A DNA stretch of 57,050 nt, the filler included, from Dugesia japonica (Eukaryota), in the NCBI GenBank assembly GCA_001938525.1. It is 6 parts of 6 records of this genome, joined end to end, with 100 filler letters (N's around TTAATTAATTAA, not from the genome) between each part and the next. Parts side by side here need not be neighbours in the genome. Positions count along the whole stretch, not along the records: positions 1 to 11,010 come from MQRL01309790.1; positions 11,111 to 20,594 come from MQRL01604482.1; 4 more parts are not named here. One strand, given 5' to 3'. Positions within the stretch are counted from its first letter, which is position 1, and each line of letters begins with the position of its first letter. The notes under the pieces are model-generated. The model ran no database searches. It worked only from the letters and a program-made list of their open reading frames with translations, and had not been told where the DNA came from. Shown one piece after another: positions 1-13,620 of this stretch. Both the position numbers and the translations under genes were made by a program.

Positions 1-280
1 TTGAGAGAAAATGATTCAAGGTAAATAATCTAGAATGTCGAAACGATTTTCCAATAACGAGAGCAATTAAGAGTCCCAATGATTTCCTAAAGACGGGTTA
101 CTGCATAGACCCGTGTGGATCCAGAATAGATGAACAACACACGAGGTGTTGTCAAATTTCTGCTGATTTCGGGGTATCTACCCCTAGAACATATAAAATA
201 AAAGGACAGATGGTGAGATAGAAAAGATGAATACGACAGAAAAGGAAACTAATAAAACCTCGAAGCCCAACAATATAACT

Positions 281-515
281 ATATATTATCTATTGAACGA
301 AGCTTTTCCGATATAAGTCCTCTAAGCAAAGAATAGATAACTTTTGAGTCTGATTCGAATGATATCAAAATATTTTAATTATTATTGTTACTTATAATTA
401 TAATTTATAATTAATAATATAATTATATATTATCTCTTGAACGAAGCATTTTCCGATATAAGTTTTTTAATCAATTTATAGGTAACTTTTTATTCTGATT
501 TGAATGGTACCAAAT
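281..515 (+). repeat. Degenerate direct duplication (~90 bp unit, ~145 bp apart), probably internal to a non-autonomous DNA element
   Basis: TATATTATCT(A/C)TTGAACGAAGC..TTTCCGATATAAGT...TAACTTTT...TCTGATT.GAATG.TA.CAAA occurs at ~281-370 and ~426-515. Confidence 0.6.
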
Positions 516-2058
516 TAGAAGCCANNNNNNNNNNNNNNNNNNNNNNNNNNNNNNNGAAAAAAGAAACGTAAATTTCGTACAGTTTTTAATTCTGAGTCTA
601 ACAATACAAATTTAAAACCATAGGACCATTCTTGACGGACATAACTCTAAACCAAAATTTTGAACAAATAAAATTCGAAATCGAAAAATTTTTTATCTAT
701 ATATTCGACTAATCAAATTGCAAAATTTCTAAACCACTTTGTCGACAGAGAGGAAGGGATAGGTTGTTTAATGCACAACTATGTAGCTACTCCTCTGTAT
801 TACTATTGCCATTATTAGGATTTTTTTATCGTTAATATTGAATTTTTTGTGTAATCATTATCATTATTTCATGCAATTTTTATAAATTTTCTAAATTAAG
901 GACTTTCTAAAAGATTTTTAATTAAAATTTAAATTTTTGTCGATTTTTGAATATTAACTATAATAATATTTGTGATCGAAACAATTAATCATTCCCATGA
1001 TTCCAATTTTATAAATTGACTCTTGAAAATTCATCTCAAAAATGTGAGTACCTTTCTAATTTATGTGTGGCGATTGTTTCAGCCAATATTTTTTTTGTAA
1101 ATTATAACACAAAAAATTATAATAAAATGATATAACAGTAAAACATTAAAATACTAACCTGATTATGGCATATGATTTCCTTTGTGACTATTCCTACTAA
1201 CAAATAAGCTTTAAGCTTTTAAAACCAGATAAATATTATTTTTGTTATTATATTCAGTATTTTACATTCTACTGGTTTCTAAAATTTTAACACAGACGTA
1301 TATTTTAACAAAAAACTAAGGTTTTTAAACATACCAAAAGCATTTAAATAACTTAACTAATTCTTAAAGCATATGTATCCTCACAGAAGCCATAGGCACT
1401 GCACAAACATAATAAGTAACTAATGATAATGAAAATATATTGGTTCTATAATCTATACAATTATCACACAGAAGCTTTACCTAAATTGATAGACTTTAGA
1501 AAAATCTATTTAATGTTAATAGTTTAAAATGAAATAAAAGAAATTTTACTTTAATAATACACAATCAAAATTAGTTATTTAAACAAATATATTAAACTAA
1601 TTTTTTCTATTTACAAACAAAGAAATTGGTTCCATTTCTAGAAACTGCAACAAAATTGTGTTCAATAAATCCAATCATTTTTAATACACGTGGAACACAT
1701 TTATTAAAGGTTATTAAGTGTAGATCGTATTACCAAACTTGCTTTTTAATGCTGTATTTAAAAACTAAATTTNNNNNNNNNNNNNNNNNNNNNNNNNNNN
1801 NNNNNNNNNNNNNNNNNNNNNNNNNNNNNNNNNNNNNNNNNNNNNNNNNNNNNNNNNNNNNNNNNNNNNNNNTTTCGCTCAGTGGGCCGCAAATTCCATA
1901 AATATTAACTCTAATGGCTTAAAGGCTGGTGAATTAACTGTAATTTCTTTAGTTCCCATCGTATTTGATTTCATTTTCTGGCACCACAAAGATTCACTTT
2001 TTATTTTAATTGTTTTTTTAAACTGATTATTTTTTGTTTACTATATATATATATATAT

Positions 2059-3561
2059 CCCCGTCTAATCGGTGCCCAAATTTCTACAGATAAATATAAA
2101 AATGTTGAAGATGCTCTTGAAATTTGGATAGAAATGCAAGAGGCAAACAATTTTCCATTTAGTGGTGAAATGATTAGACAAAAAGCTGTTTTATTTGCAA
2201 AACAGTTTAATATCGAGAAATTCGAATTGTCAAATGGTACTTTATCAAGATTTAAAAACAGGAAAAACTTGAAGAAATATAAAACGCAAGGTTAAATGAC
2301 AGGCATAAACCTCGACATTTTCATGAAGAAATTAATCGTTTAAAAGAAATAATTAAAGATTATGATAAACGAGACGTATGCAATATCGATGACATTTGAT
2401 TTTATTATAAGTTGATGCATATAAAAAGTATTTCCTCTTCTCAAATTAGAGGATATAAAAAATTGTTTACGAAAATTACTGTTGTTTGTACAGTTTCATT
2501 GGCCGGTGAAAAATTAAAACTATTGGTTATTGGGATGACTATGAAGCCCAGGACTTCAACTGGTTTAAAAGCATGGTTGAATTCTACCATTTTCAATTCT
2601 TAATTGAATAATTAAAATGATGAAATGAAGAAAAAGAACAGAATCATATTGTTGATAATAGATAATTTGCCTTCATAAATTTTTTTTCTAAGCAATGTAA
2701 GAGTAGAATTCTTTCCTCCTTATACTACTGGTATAGTACAGCCTTTAGATCTGGGTGTAATCAGATATTTTAAATGTAGATTTAGAAAGATGCAGACTTC
2801 CAAAATTTTAGAGTTTTTGGAAGATAATGTTGCTCTTTTAGAGACCTATAAAGCTTTTAATATTAGAGATGCTATAATATTTATTTTTTTGTCGCGGGAT
2901 AGTATACCGACTACATTAAGTACAAGTTTTTGGAAAAAATCACCAAAATTATATGAATTGTTGGTAGATGATCACGCAGAGGACTTGCATGAAGATATAA
3001 AAGAATTACAAGAAATTGTTGATGCAATAGGGTTTGAAGAGAAATGCGATGATTATAAGTACATCGATTTAGTTGAAGAAAGACCTGATGTCGCTGGTGT
3101 ATTAAATGGAAAATGAAATCATGGACCTTGTTAAATCTAATGAAGATGATGATGAATTAGAATATGAGGAGTCTAAACCACTTAACAGCAATGATTATGT
3201 ATCAACCTCAAAGAATATTTCAAATCTAATTTCGTTTCTCATGTGAGATAATTTGGCAACTAAAGAGCAGTTGAAGAGTATGTTTAACTTGCAAAACCAT
3301 GTAACAAAAAAATAAAAGGAATTATTTCGAGGAAAACAACTTTAGATGAATTTATTATTAAGAAGTAATAAAAAGATAGCATTTTGTCACAGTTTTATTT
3401 AACTTGGTTAAATTTTATCTTTTTAAATACAAATCATAAGCCTTATCTATTATAAAGTGATCAATTGAATTCTTTGCGTAATCGGTGTTTGTACCCGCCA
3501 AATATGGTGTTTCTTTGAAAATTGACGTTTCGTTTGGGCACCGATTAGAAGGAGTTGGCTG
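2059..3561 (+). mobile_element. Tigger/pogo DNA transposon, decayed
   Basis: TIR core TCTAATCGGTGCCCAAA (2064-2080) is the reverse complement of 3533-3549; right end ...GGAGTTGGCTG then TA. CENP-B HTH (KYKNVEDALEIW..SGEMIRQKA..SNGTLSRFKNR) and DDE_1 motifs (LLIIDN, FPPYTTGIVQPLDLGVIRYFK) with stops and frameshifts. Confidence 0.9.
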
Positions 3562-4779
3562 TATTTGATAAACTAGGTAACAAGGACTATTCAGTAAATT
3601 TTATACAAAGTTTTGCGAGTGCAGTAAAAGGCTGTCAGCAGGAAATAAACAATTATGAAGTATAATCATCCAAAAATCGGGAAGTTGATAAAGAAAAAGG
3701 AAATATTTGGAATGCTATAATTAATGTCATATAAGATAAAACTGTTTATTAAAACAATTGAAAATATGTTTGGCATGTTGAAGAGAAGAAAGTATGAGTT
3801 GAGAGTTTACATGGAGACTAAATCATTTTTTATATATTATACAATTGTATATTGTTTAATATTAAAATTATTTTTTGAAATATTTTATAGTAAGTATACT
3901 TTTATTATTTGAAATATTTCACAATAAAAAATACATTACTAAATTTTTGAAATATAATGTATTTAAAGTTTTAAAAATGTTTATTTTTAAAAACTATTTC
4001 GAAAATTATTAGAAAATCGATATTTTTAAATATAATTTCAATATTCTAATGTATGGATTATTTGTTTAAATATTATGGATTATGCTTTCATTTCATTGTA
4101 TAATTGAATAAAAATTATATATACCTGGGAAATTCTTAATTTAACTAATAATACTAAAGATTTGGATTCAGAAGTTCAAACTGATAATTTGATTTTAAAA
4201 TGTTTTTCATTTAAATTCATGTGTTCTATTTACATATATTCAATTTCGTAAATGTTTGTAGAGAAAATTCTCAGAATCCTACATTTAATATATTTACGTA
4301 AAATCTCGAACTTTTTAAAAATGATTTGAAGAGTCAGTAAATAAATGACAGTTTTCAGTAGTTTTGTTTTTTTTAATATTTGTTTTATTATTCTTAAGTA
4401 GATTAGCATTTTGGTTGGCGTTTTTTAATTTAAATAATATTGTGATGACTGATTTCGTGCTGGTTTCATTTAAATTGAGAATAATTCTTGATACAATAAT
4501 ATCCATCTAATTTTACTTTTTGTTTTAATGAGTAAATAGCAATTAAAATTTATAACATTAATTACCAAAATACTTAGAAATTAAAATAATAATAAATTTT
4601 AAAACATTTAATGTAAATAATAAAAGTCTTTATAAAAAAAAGTCTTTATAAATAAAAGACTTTATTTTTTGAGACTTTAATTATTTATTTAACAAAATAA
4701 AACTATTTATTAATGAATTATTTAAACCAATAATATCAATTAATATTAACAAATTTAAAACTTTATATAATTTTATAAA

Positions 4780-7700
4780 TGCCCTCTCTTTCTTTCTATT
4801 TTTTATTTTCAATTTTCCCCCGCCATTCAATTCTTCTGCATTTAAGCTGTCCTGCATAATCTGTAAGCACCTGATGTTGGCTTATAAATTTACTAATTGT
4901 GTAAAGACCCTTATATCTGAAATCTTCGTTCTTTAAATTGTGCAGTTCTACTTTCACTTATGCTTTTTTCCTTCTTCAAAATGTCTGAAAGTTCGTATTT
5001 TACATTTTTATTTGTTTACATTTTGAGTTGCTTTCTTTAAATTTTCATCTGTCAGTTTTTTCATTTCTTCTTGTTCCGGATTTCTTTGTGGTAATCCGTA
5101 TAAGAAAATTCTTCTTACAAAGATAATTTCAAAAGGAGATTGACCAGTCGATATTTTTGGTTTTGCATTTATTACATACTGAATTCTTGTAAACAATATG
5201 TCCCAACTTGATTCCGTGTAGCCGTTCTTTATCGTTGTTACCATCATATCTCTCAGTTTTATGATATTTCTTTTTCCTAAATGATTTGATTGGTGTTGAT
5301 ATGATGACGAAAATTGTTGTTTAATCTCAAACTTCTCTGGAAGGGACGGCATTGAATTTCCTTCAGAGATTTTCGCTCTGTCGGCTAAAAATGATTTTGG
5401 CTTACCAAAATGATATATCTAGTTTTCCTTTGTTTTCTTAAGTACCGATGTTTCATCGTGTTTACTAAACACTACGAATGACACTAATTTACTATTCCTG
5501 TCAAACATTACGAGAACATATTTCTTTTTGGTTTTTACTTCTGGAAAGTAAGCGATATCCATGATAACCTGTTCTAATGGTCCAAATTCTGTTCTTGGAA
5601 TAAGAAATTCCTTTGTTCGCCCAGTGTATGNTTTACGCATGTTACTTATCATACATTTTTTTATTTGATGTTCTACATTTCTTTGAATACCAAAAATAAC
5701 TTACACTCAAATATTCCGTTAGTTTTTGGCCTCCTACATGACATAACCCTAAACCTATAAGGTCGGGAATTGATTTCCCTGCCAGTATAATTTTTTTCTT
5801 GTCTCCTTCATTGATAATCAGTATCTTATCCTCCAACTAAAATTTTCATAGTTTGGAAAAGTATTTACTTTTGGTCACCATTGTGCTCAACTTATTATTT
5901 ATAATTCCACTTTCAATATATTCAATGATTTCTCTCGTTATTGGATCGTTTCTCTGTACTTATTTAATATGACTTTTATCAAAGTTTGTTTTATCTAATG
6001 TGTTGATTCTTTTGACCCGAGATCGTTCCTCTTTGGCATCTTGATGTATAGCCTGACATTGCAAACAAAGACCCTCTCCTATCATTAAAAATTCATTAGC
6101 ATTTACTTATTTTTCGGAATTCTAGATCGAAATTAAATTTTTCTAGATTTTTTATCCAAGATTAAAACTGAGAGCTAATGGGATTACTAGTCTTCATCAT
6201 AAAAGTCAATGCTTTATGATTCCTTTTTGCTCTAAATTTCTTGCCATACAAATAGTGTTTTAAATACATCATAAACTCATTGCAAGCTAACAATTCCTTG
6301 TCAATAACATAATATCCTTTAGGGGATTGTTTAAAGCTCGAGAACCACATGCTATGACCTGTTCCAATTTATTCTCAGTTATGTGACTCAAAATACCTTC
6401 AATTGCTCTAAAACTAGTATCAGTGTTCAATATCATTTCACCCCTATTATTTTGGAAATTCAAGATCGGTGCACTTCACAATTTCATCCTCAAAGATTGA
6501 AAACTATCCTCACATTCTTTTTTCCATTCAAAATTATTTTTTTGTGCTGTTGTCGCTGCATACAATGGTCCTGCAAGTAAAGCATAATCTTTTATATAAC
6601 GCCTGTAATAATTTGTCAATCCCAAGAACGCTCGTATTTGCGTGGCGTATTTTGGCCTACGACTTCTCGAATTATTTAGATAATTTCATCAGTTGTCTCT
6701 ATACCTTTAGTGCTAATTGTATGTCCTAAAAATTTCAGCTTCTTGGAATTAAACACGCATTTACTTGGATTTATTTTTAAACCAACATCTGTTAGTAGCT
6801 GAAAAACCTTATTAACTTGTTTTTCATGCTCCTATTTAATTTTACCATATATTAAAATGTCATCTAGATATACTAATACTCCTTTGTACAGTATTCCTTC
6901 AAATATTTTATGTGTCAAGCTTTGAAATGTTGCTGGTGCAGTACATAATTCAAAGGGCATTTGATTAAAACAAAATTGACCCATCTTTGTACTAAAAGCC
7001 GTCTTCAGTTTTGATTCTTTGTTTAGTTAAATTTGATCGTATGCTTGCCCTAAATCTAAAGAAGAAAATTAAACTGATCCTTNAAGCGTATCTAATAATA
7101 GTTGAATATCTGGAACTGGAAACGAATACTTTTCTGTAATTGAATTCAATTTTTTTAAATCAAGAGATATTCTTATTGTTATATCTCTCTTTGGCACAAT
7201 TATCAATGGGAAATTCCATGGACTTCTGCAACTTCTTATAATACTTGATTTTAAAGATGTTCTAGCAATTCATCTATTTTATTTTTTTTATTATTGAAGG
7301 TCCTGTCGTTTCAATGTGATGTTTCATCAGTTTCGTATATCCAAGATCAAATTTTGATGCCATAAATATATCTTTGTAAGTTTCTATCATTAATCTTACT
7401 TCTTGTCTGACATTATTTGAAGTATTAAAATCCTTTTTCACTCTTTATGTATTATCAATAAATAAATTTCCATAGTTTGAGTTAATAAAATCAACTCTAG
7501 TGATTTTCATTCCGAAGAGCTTTATCATATCAATACCTCCAATAAATTTTGGACAAATTTTTATTTCAAATATTAATTTTTTCTCTCTTAGCTTCCCATT
7601 CCATTGTAATTTCAGTTTAGGTTTCTACTTTTTTAGAAAAACTCCTGCTTGAACAATGTGTGACGACGATAAATAAGGGGATACAATTTTTCTTCAAACA

Positions 7701-8010
7701 TCTGAACTCATGACAGATATTGCTGTTCTGAATCCCACAACATTTCAATGTTATATTTAACTCCATTTCTTCCATATCTATTTTGAAACGTCTCATCATC
7801 GAACATTAATTTTTCATCTCGGAATATTTTCTCTGTTATGGTTTTTGTATCATCATTGTCTGAAGGAACATCGCACATGTACTAAATTTGTTCGCCATTG
7901 TAAGATAACATATTACCTTCTTATACAATACACAAAATTTTAAGAAATGTAGAATTTCTCATCAAATTAATCGACAATCTCAAAAATTATGACCTTCTTT
8001 TCCATATATT
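4780..8010 (-). mobile_element. Ty3/Gypsy LTR retrotransposon gag-pol remnant (RT-RNaseH-IN), pseudogenised
   Basis: Minus-strand motifs SPWNFPLIIVPK, FSSLDLGQAY, KTAF, QMPF..CTAPATFQ, VYLDDILI (~6850-6875), DKELLA (RNase H), LCHVG, GPLEQVIMDI, STGQSPFEIIF (integrase). LTRs not resolved. Confidence 0.9.
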
Positions 8011-9486
8011 AAACATTTGTACTTTACTGGACAATTCATTCTTCTCTCTTGTATCACTGGATCCATTTTCGTTGCTGTATTCATTCAACAGAAGAAACAG
8101 CTAAATGCAAAGTGTAAAAATGTTGGAAAGAGGTTGCGTAACTGCAGAATTAACAAAACCCTTAAAATTAAAATAAAAGTCCTGAAAAATAGAGAACAAG
8201 TGTTACAGCACATCAATTGGATGTTTATTGACAGGGCTAAGTTTGCTTATTATGAGACTGCATTGTTTCTGAGTGTGGGATTTACTAATTCAGACTTTGG
8301 AAACAAAACAAGCTAACTCTATGATTCACTAAACCCAAACAAAATAGTTGAACTCATGCATTATCTAGTTTTAATACAGAGTCACTAAACGATTGTAAAA
8401 ATTATTTATGAATAATTATGAAAGCGTTTATGGTTAGTATGGGATTCTAACTCATAAAAAACCAACAATAGGACAAGGACAGAATGAAACTAATGGATTA
8501 TAATAGGTGATTGTGTAAACACAAAGGAACCAGACAATATTAACTTGTTTAGATATTATAATTTGTCATACCAAATAAAAATAATTTACCAAGATTAAAA
8601 TTTTCTTAATTGTAAATCTTTATCTAATATAGGAAGCGCTCAAATAGTGCAGGTATTTGGTTCACAAATTTACCACACTTATCGGGGCATTAATTGAAAA
8701 TATATATTAGATTTAAAAATTCAGTAAATACACGCAAACATTATTTATTTCTATTATTTACTTTTTATATTGAAACCGCCCTAATTGAAGTAGCATTATG
8801 TGATGTATTTTTGTGTTTTGATAACAATTTCGCCTAAATTCACATTTTAAGTTGGTAATTTAAACAAGTAAAATCCAAGAAGAAAGATCCAAAATTTATA
8901 TTTTGAAGCTAGAATATTGAAACAATTAGCAAAAACTTTAGTAAACGATTTATTATTCTATTATTTTTATTCAATTTTCTTGCTAAATGGTTTGAATATT
9001 ATTTTTTAAATCCACTATTATTAAAGGACAATTACTCAAAATTAAGATATCAGTCTATAATTTATTGTTGTTATTTAAATAGCAAATAATTTTTTTCACT
9101 TGAAATTTTATAGAAAATAAAATAGTAGTTATTTATTGTCATTTTAAAACGCATTGTTTTAATATTTTCCTTATCATTTTAAATTATTTGTCAGAATTTT
9201 TTAAAAATTAAGATAAGTTTTTAAAATCACTAATCTATATATTGTGTATATTCTTTATCGGTATGAACCGTTTCAGTTTTATGAAGTAATTTTTCTTACA
9301 TGAACGTTTTAACTTTATTAAATGAAGTCATTAGTGTTTTTTTGAAAGGATGGTTTAATATATTAATACACAAATTTTAACACTTTCAATCTTAATTACT
9401 TAAAATTTACGAGAATATTTTTCAAAAAAGTCATACAACTTATTGTATTACGTATTTAATTAATCTTTATTCCTTATTTTATTCAG

Positions 9487-11010
9487 AAACACTGAACATT
9501 CACCTTGGACCTTATTATGTTCGAAAACTAATAAATTGCAATCTCAATTAGACGTACTCTCATTTAATGGCGTTGGTAATCCTAAATATAAATCTTTAAA
9601 ATACAATGGAAAAACTTTAGTTTCTTTTGATTACCTTGGAAATACGATAGTAGTTTATGAAAAACTGGATTACAAAATAAATATTTACACTACAGAAACA
9701 ACTTTAAAATCATCATTTGATGGGAAATTGGATTTAAGTTACATTTCTCTTTGTGACGATAATTGGTTATTTACTGCATCAAACGATGGTAAATTTCATT
9801 TCTACGATCTCATAAAAGAAAAAGTCAAAAGATCTATTAAAACCTCTTATGAAATTCCAATCACCGGGTTTGATATTTCATTAGATCATCGGAATATTTT
9901 CTTTCATTATGACAACGGACTAGCTGGAATTCTCCAAACGAAATCTTCGAAAATCGAATTATTATCTTGGATTAATGAACCGATAAATTGTTTGAAAATT
10001 CAACCGTGGAAAAAAAATAATCTTCTCTGTGGATCTAATAACGGATCGGTTGGATTATTCGATATCGAAACGAAAACGAAAATTTTCACCGGGAATTATC
10101 ATGAAAATGGAATTAATTGTGTCGCTTCTTCGTTTTATAATGAACATTTAGCATTATCTGGTGGAAAAGATAATCAAGCAATTGTTTGGGCAACGAATTC
10201 CGCGAAACCTCAAAAAATCCATCAAACCAAATCCCCAGTAACATCGTGCTCGATGAGTGACGGAGTTTTTTATTCTTTCGGTGAAATGAACGGAAATATT
10301 TCGATATTTGACATTAGAAACATGCGAGATCCGGTTTTTCGTCATCAAACACAATCTGGATTGAATAATAACAATAACAGTAACACTATCGATTTTCTTC
10401 AATTCAAATTGGATTTATTTCTCAAAGATAATTCTGTGGAAAATTTCGACTCTACAATTGTCGAAGGCATCGATGAAGACGAAAATAACAATATTAATAA
10501 TAATAGTAATTCGAATTATCTCGATACCTCCATCGCTTCGTGTTTCTCGGAACCTTCGGATCATTCTGAAAATAATTCTTCGAAATTCAAATTGACCGCC
10601 AACGAATTCTACAATGACAGTTTTAATATCAGTCGATTCTCTCAAAATAAACAACAACAACCGAAACAACACAAATTCTCGTTATCTCCAATAATCGATA
10701 ATGATAACAATAATTCGCCCAATGAAATGAGAGCACGCAAACAAGTTCAATTTGTCAACGATATTTCCGCTTTTCCAAGAAATAACGATAGAAATTCTAT
10801 TATTTGCCAATCTGGCGACAACAACGATAAAACTNCTGGAACCGTTGCGGAACAATTTAATCGATTAGATAATGAATTTTTGAGACAAATTATCAGAGAG
10901 GAAATAGAAAATGCGTTGATTCCGATGGAACAACGGTTGAAAACGCAATTATTAGTGGAAATTGTCGATCAGTTGGCAATCACAGAGAAAACGATTATCG
11001 ATTCGTTGAA
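9487..11010 (+). CDS. NEDD1: Large exon of a NEDD1/GCP-WD-like gamma-tubulin complex recruiting WD40 protein (3' end runs into a gap)
   Basis: Open frame of about 500 aa: N-terminal WD40 repeats (SNNGSVGLFD, LSGGKDNQAIVW, GEMNGNISIFDIR), Asn/Ser-rich linker, C-terminal helix FLRQIIREEIE...LLVEIVDQL resembling NEDD1 FIQNMIQETLD...LQVEMIKQF. Frame stays open back to a splice acceptor TTTTATTCAG ending at 9486. Confidence 0.7.
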
Positions 11011-11110
11011 NNNNNNNNNNNNNNNNNNNNNNNNNNNNNNNNNNNNNNNNNNNNTTAATTAATTAANNNNNNNNNNNNNNNNNNNNNNNNNNNNNNNNNN
11101 NNNNNNNNNN
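11011..11110. other. Artificial assembly linker N44-TTAATTAATTAA-N44
   Basis: Exactly 100 bp with a six-frame-stop core; repeated identically five times in the window. Confidence 0.97.
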
Positions 11111-11815
11111 GCTAGAATAATTACGTCCAATTTAATGTAATGTAACATGTATTCAAATAAATTATCAAATTGACTAAAATCTTGTAAAAATTTATTATAA
11201 TCTTGTTCTGTTATTTTTGTTGTTTAAAAGTATTGAAAAAATCTCTTCTTGATGGCGTGTTATTTCTATTTGAGGAAGTCATTTTTAATAATTGAATTAC
11301 TTGTTGTATAATTTCTCCTTTTACATATTCATAAGGAAATGATATTTTCTTTGGATCTAAATTAAAAGATCTTAAATTATTTTGTTTATTGGTAATTGTA
11401 CTTGTCCAACTTTCAAAATCACCATAAACTACAAAATACATTTTTTTGTAATAATAATTTTGAAAAGAATAATATTCATGTTTTGGAAATACTAAATTAC
11501 TAATTTCATGATTGATACATTCCTTTTGATGTTTTGTTTATAAATTTTTACTATACATAACAATTTATCTGATGCATAAATAATTTTTATTTCTGTTAAT
11601 TGCAAAAAATACTTGCATATTTCTAGATATCATATAAAGATTTTTATAAACCAATAAACTACATTTATTTTCTTCTGGTTTATGTTTAGTTTCATAATGA
11701 GAAATGTGTAGAGGTTCAAGAGAGTCAGTTACAGTAAATACATTTATTTGACAATTATTCCATTTTTCAAATTTTTAACATCATCAATAATTACAATACC
11801 TTGTTAATTGTCGAT
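11111..11815 (-). pseudogene. Polinton protein-primed DNA polymerase B (pPolB) fragment, internally deleted
   Basis: IDDVKKFEKMNNCQINVF, YFVVYGDFES (ExoI), FPYEY, EYMLHYIKLDV motifs. Confidence 0.8.
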
Positions 11816-12340
11816 CAATATTACCTAAACCAGATAAATAATTGACTAAATTGTCCAAAACTGACCTAAATTAACGATTCCCAAGGAAATAATTGACTGA
11901 ATTCATCTAAAATTACCCTTGTGGGCAAATAATTAACCAATTTTGTTCATACCGAGGACATAATTGACAAAATAGCCCAAAAATGAACCAAATTCAACCA
12001 GATCGATGAAAGATTTGATTTAATCACCCAAAAGTTGACCAAAATAACAATTCACGAGGAAATATTTGACTAAATCACCAAAGAATTACTCGAATTTATA
12101 AAACCCGAGAAAATTTTAACCCAAATCGCCCCAAAATGAACCAAATTAACGAATCCCTAGGGAATAATTAACCAAATCATTCAAAAATTACCCAAATTGT
12201 CCATTCCCGAGGAAAATAACCCAAAATTATTAATCAAGTTAACGAAACCTGAGGAAACATTTAACTAATTTTAACTAAATTAACCAATTTTAACCAAAAA
12301 TTACCAATCCCGAGGAAATAATGGATCAAATTCATCCGAT
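11815..12340 (+). repeat. Degenerate ~60-bp tandem array, subterminal repeat of a Polinton
   Basis: Recurring CCCGAGGAAATAATT.ACCAAAT..CCCAAAA.T..ACCAAATT units; similar sequence on the opposite strand at ~20340-20594, also near a Polinton end. Confidence 0.7.
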
Positions 12341-12430
12341 GCAGCCAACAATTTGTAACCATGTTATTCTAAATGAACAAAGAATTTATAATAAAATAGA
12401 GTGTTTGATATCCAGAATCGAGTAAGCAAG

Positions 12431-12493
12431 TGCGCCACTATCTACCTATTATACATTTTAATGTAAAGATAATAGTAGGTAGATAGTGGCGCA
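12431..12493. mobile_element. Two Polinton termini back to back (right end 12431-12450, left end 12474-12493)
   Basis: TGCGCCACTATCTACCTATT and AGTAGGTAGATAGTGGCGCA are 19/20 reverse complementary; 5'-AG start with short-repeat end typical of Polintons. Confidence 0.75.
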
Positions 12494-13234
12494 TTTGTAC
12501 AGTAACGCATTTGAAAATAAAGTCAAGCACACTTTTAAAAAATTCTAAAAAATATAAACACAATTTTAAAAAAATTCTTGAAAAATTAAGCTTATTTTTT
12601 AAAAGGTTTTTTTTTGTTTTTCTACATGTTTTAAAAAAATCCATATTACTCATTTTGTTATAATCAGTTTTGGGAATTTGATTGNACCCGTTGGGATTTT
12701 TATTTTTATTTTTGTTTTGATTTATATTTTGGTTTTTATTTTTTTATCAAATCGTTTTATATAAAGATTCATATTTTACATTAACATCTTTTTTCACTTT
12801 TGCAGAAAAAATGTACGACTAGCAACACAAAATACACAGTAGGTGAAAGAAAAATCTATTACTTTAACTGTATATAATTAACGGTTTATTATATACATAG
12901 TTTTTTACATACATATATTATTTGTGTATATATTATATACGTATATATAATATTATTTATTGTCTAACTTCAGAGAATTGAATTTTATTTTGAAATCAAT
13001 AATAACTCCGAGGTCATTATTTATTCTATAAAGTAGATTCACACCAACATATAAAACCGAACAAAACAATTTAACTTGAAACAATTAGTCTGATTGTGTC
13101 TGGGTTATATTTAAACAAATCCTTTTGCCTGTTATAATCAAAATCGTTTTGTCTGATTTACTTTATCGCCAGACTAATAGTTCAATAGATTTTAATTAAA
13201 TTGATACGGGCATTGTATCATTCAATATCTTTAT

Positions 13235-13327
13235 TATTTAAAAATCGAGAAACCAAAATTAAACCAACAATAACCGGTTTTGAAAACCGGCCTAAATTGG
13301 TCCGGGATCCCGGTTTTGCACTCCCTA
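13235..13327. mobile_element. hAT-type terminal sequence (MITE end)
   Basis: ...CCGGGATCCCGGTTTTGCACTCCCTA with subterminal AACCGG repeats; resembles the TIR at 15598. Confidence 0.5.
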
Positions 13328-13399
13328 GTAATGATTTCTGTTGTCGTATTAATCTCTTTTTCATAAATATCATTTGCACTATTTAGTAGCCTTACAGCA

Positions 13400-13620
13400 A
13401 GGAATGGGCAAAAAGATATAATAGACTAATTCAACAAATATCTGGTTTTTATAGCATTACCTAAACAAAACAAGTAAACAATACAAAAATCTATTCATAT
13501 TCATATTTGAATTCTCAAGATAGATACTTCTAGATTTTGAAAAGGCCTTTGATTCTAGAGTCATGATAGAGTTTGCACAGAAGCTAGACATATAATCACA
13601 GTGCCAATGGACAAAATAAA
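13400..13620 (+). pseudogene. Non-LTR retrotransposon RT fragment
   Basis: ILLDFEKAFDS motif at ~13523-13555. Confidence 0.55.

Noticed and set aside
8017-8570. Coding-like stretch upstream of the Gypsy remnant
   Set aside because: No motif recognised with confidence; cannot be assigned
10154-10672. Two minus-strand ORFs
   Set aside because: Antisense shadows of the NEDD1-like exon
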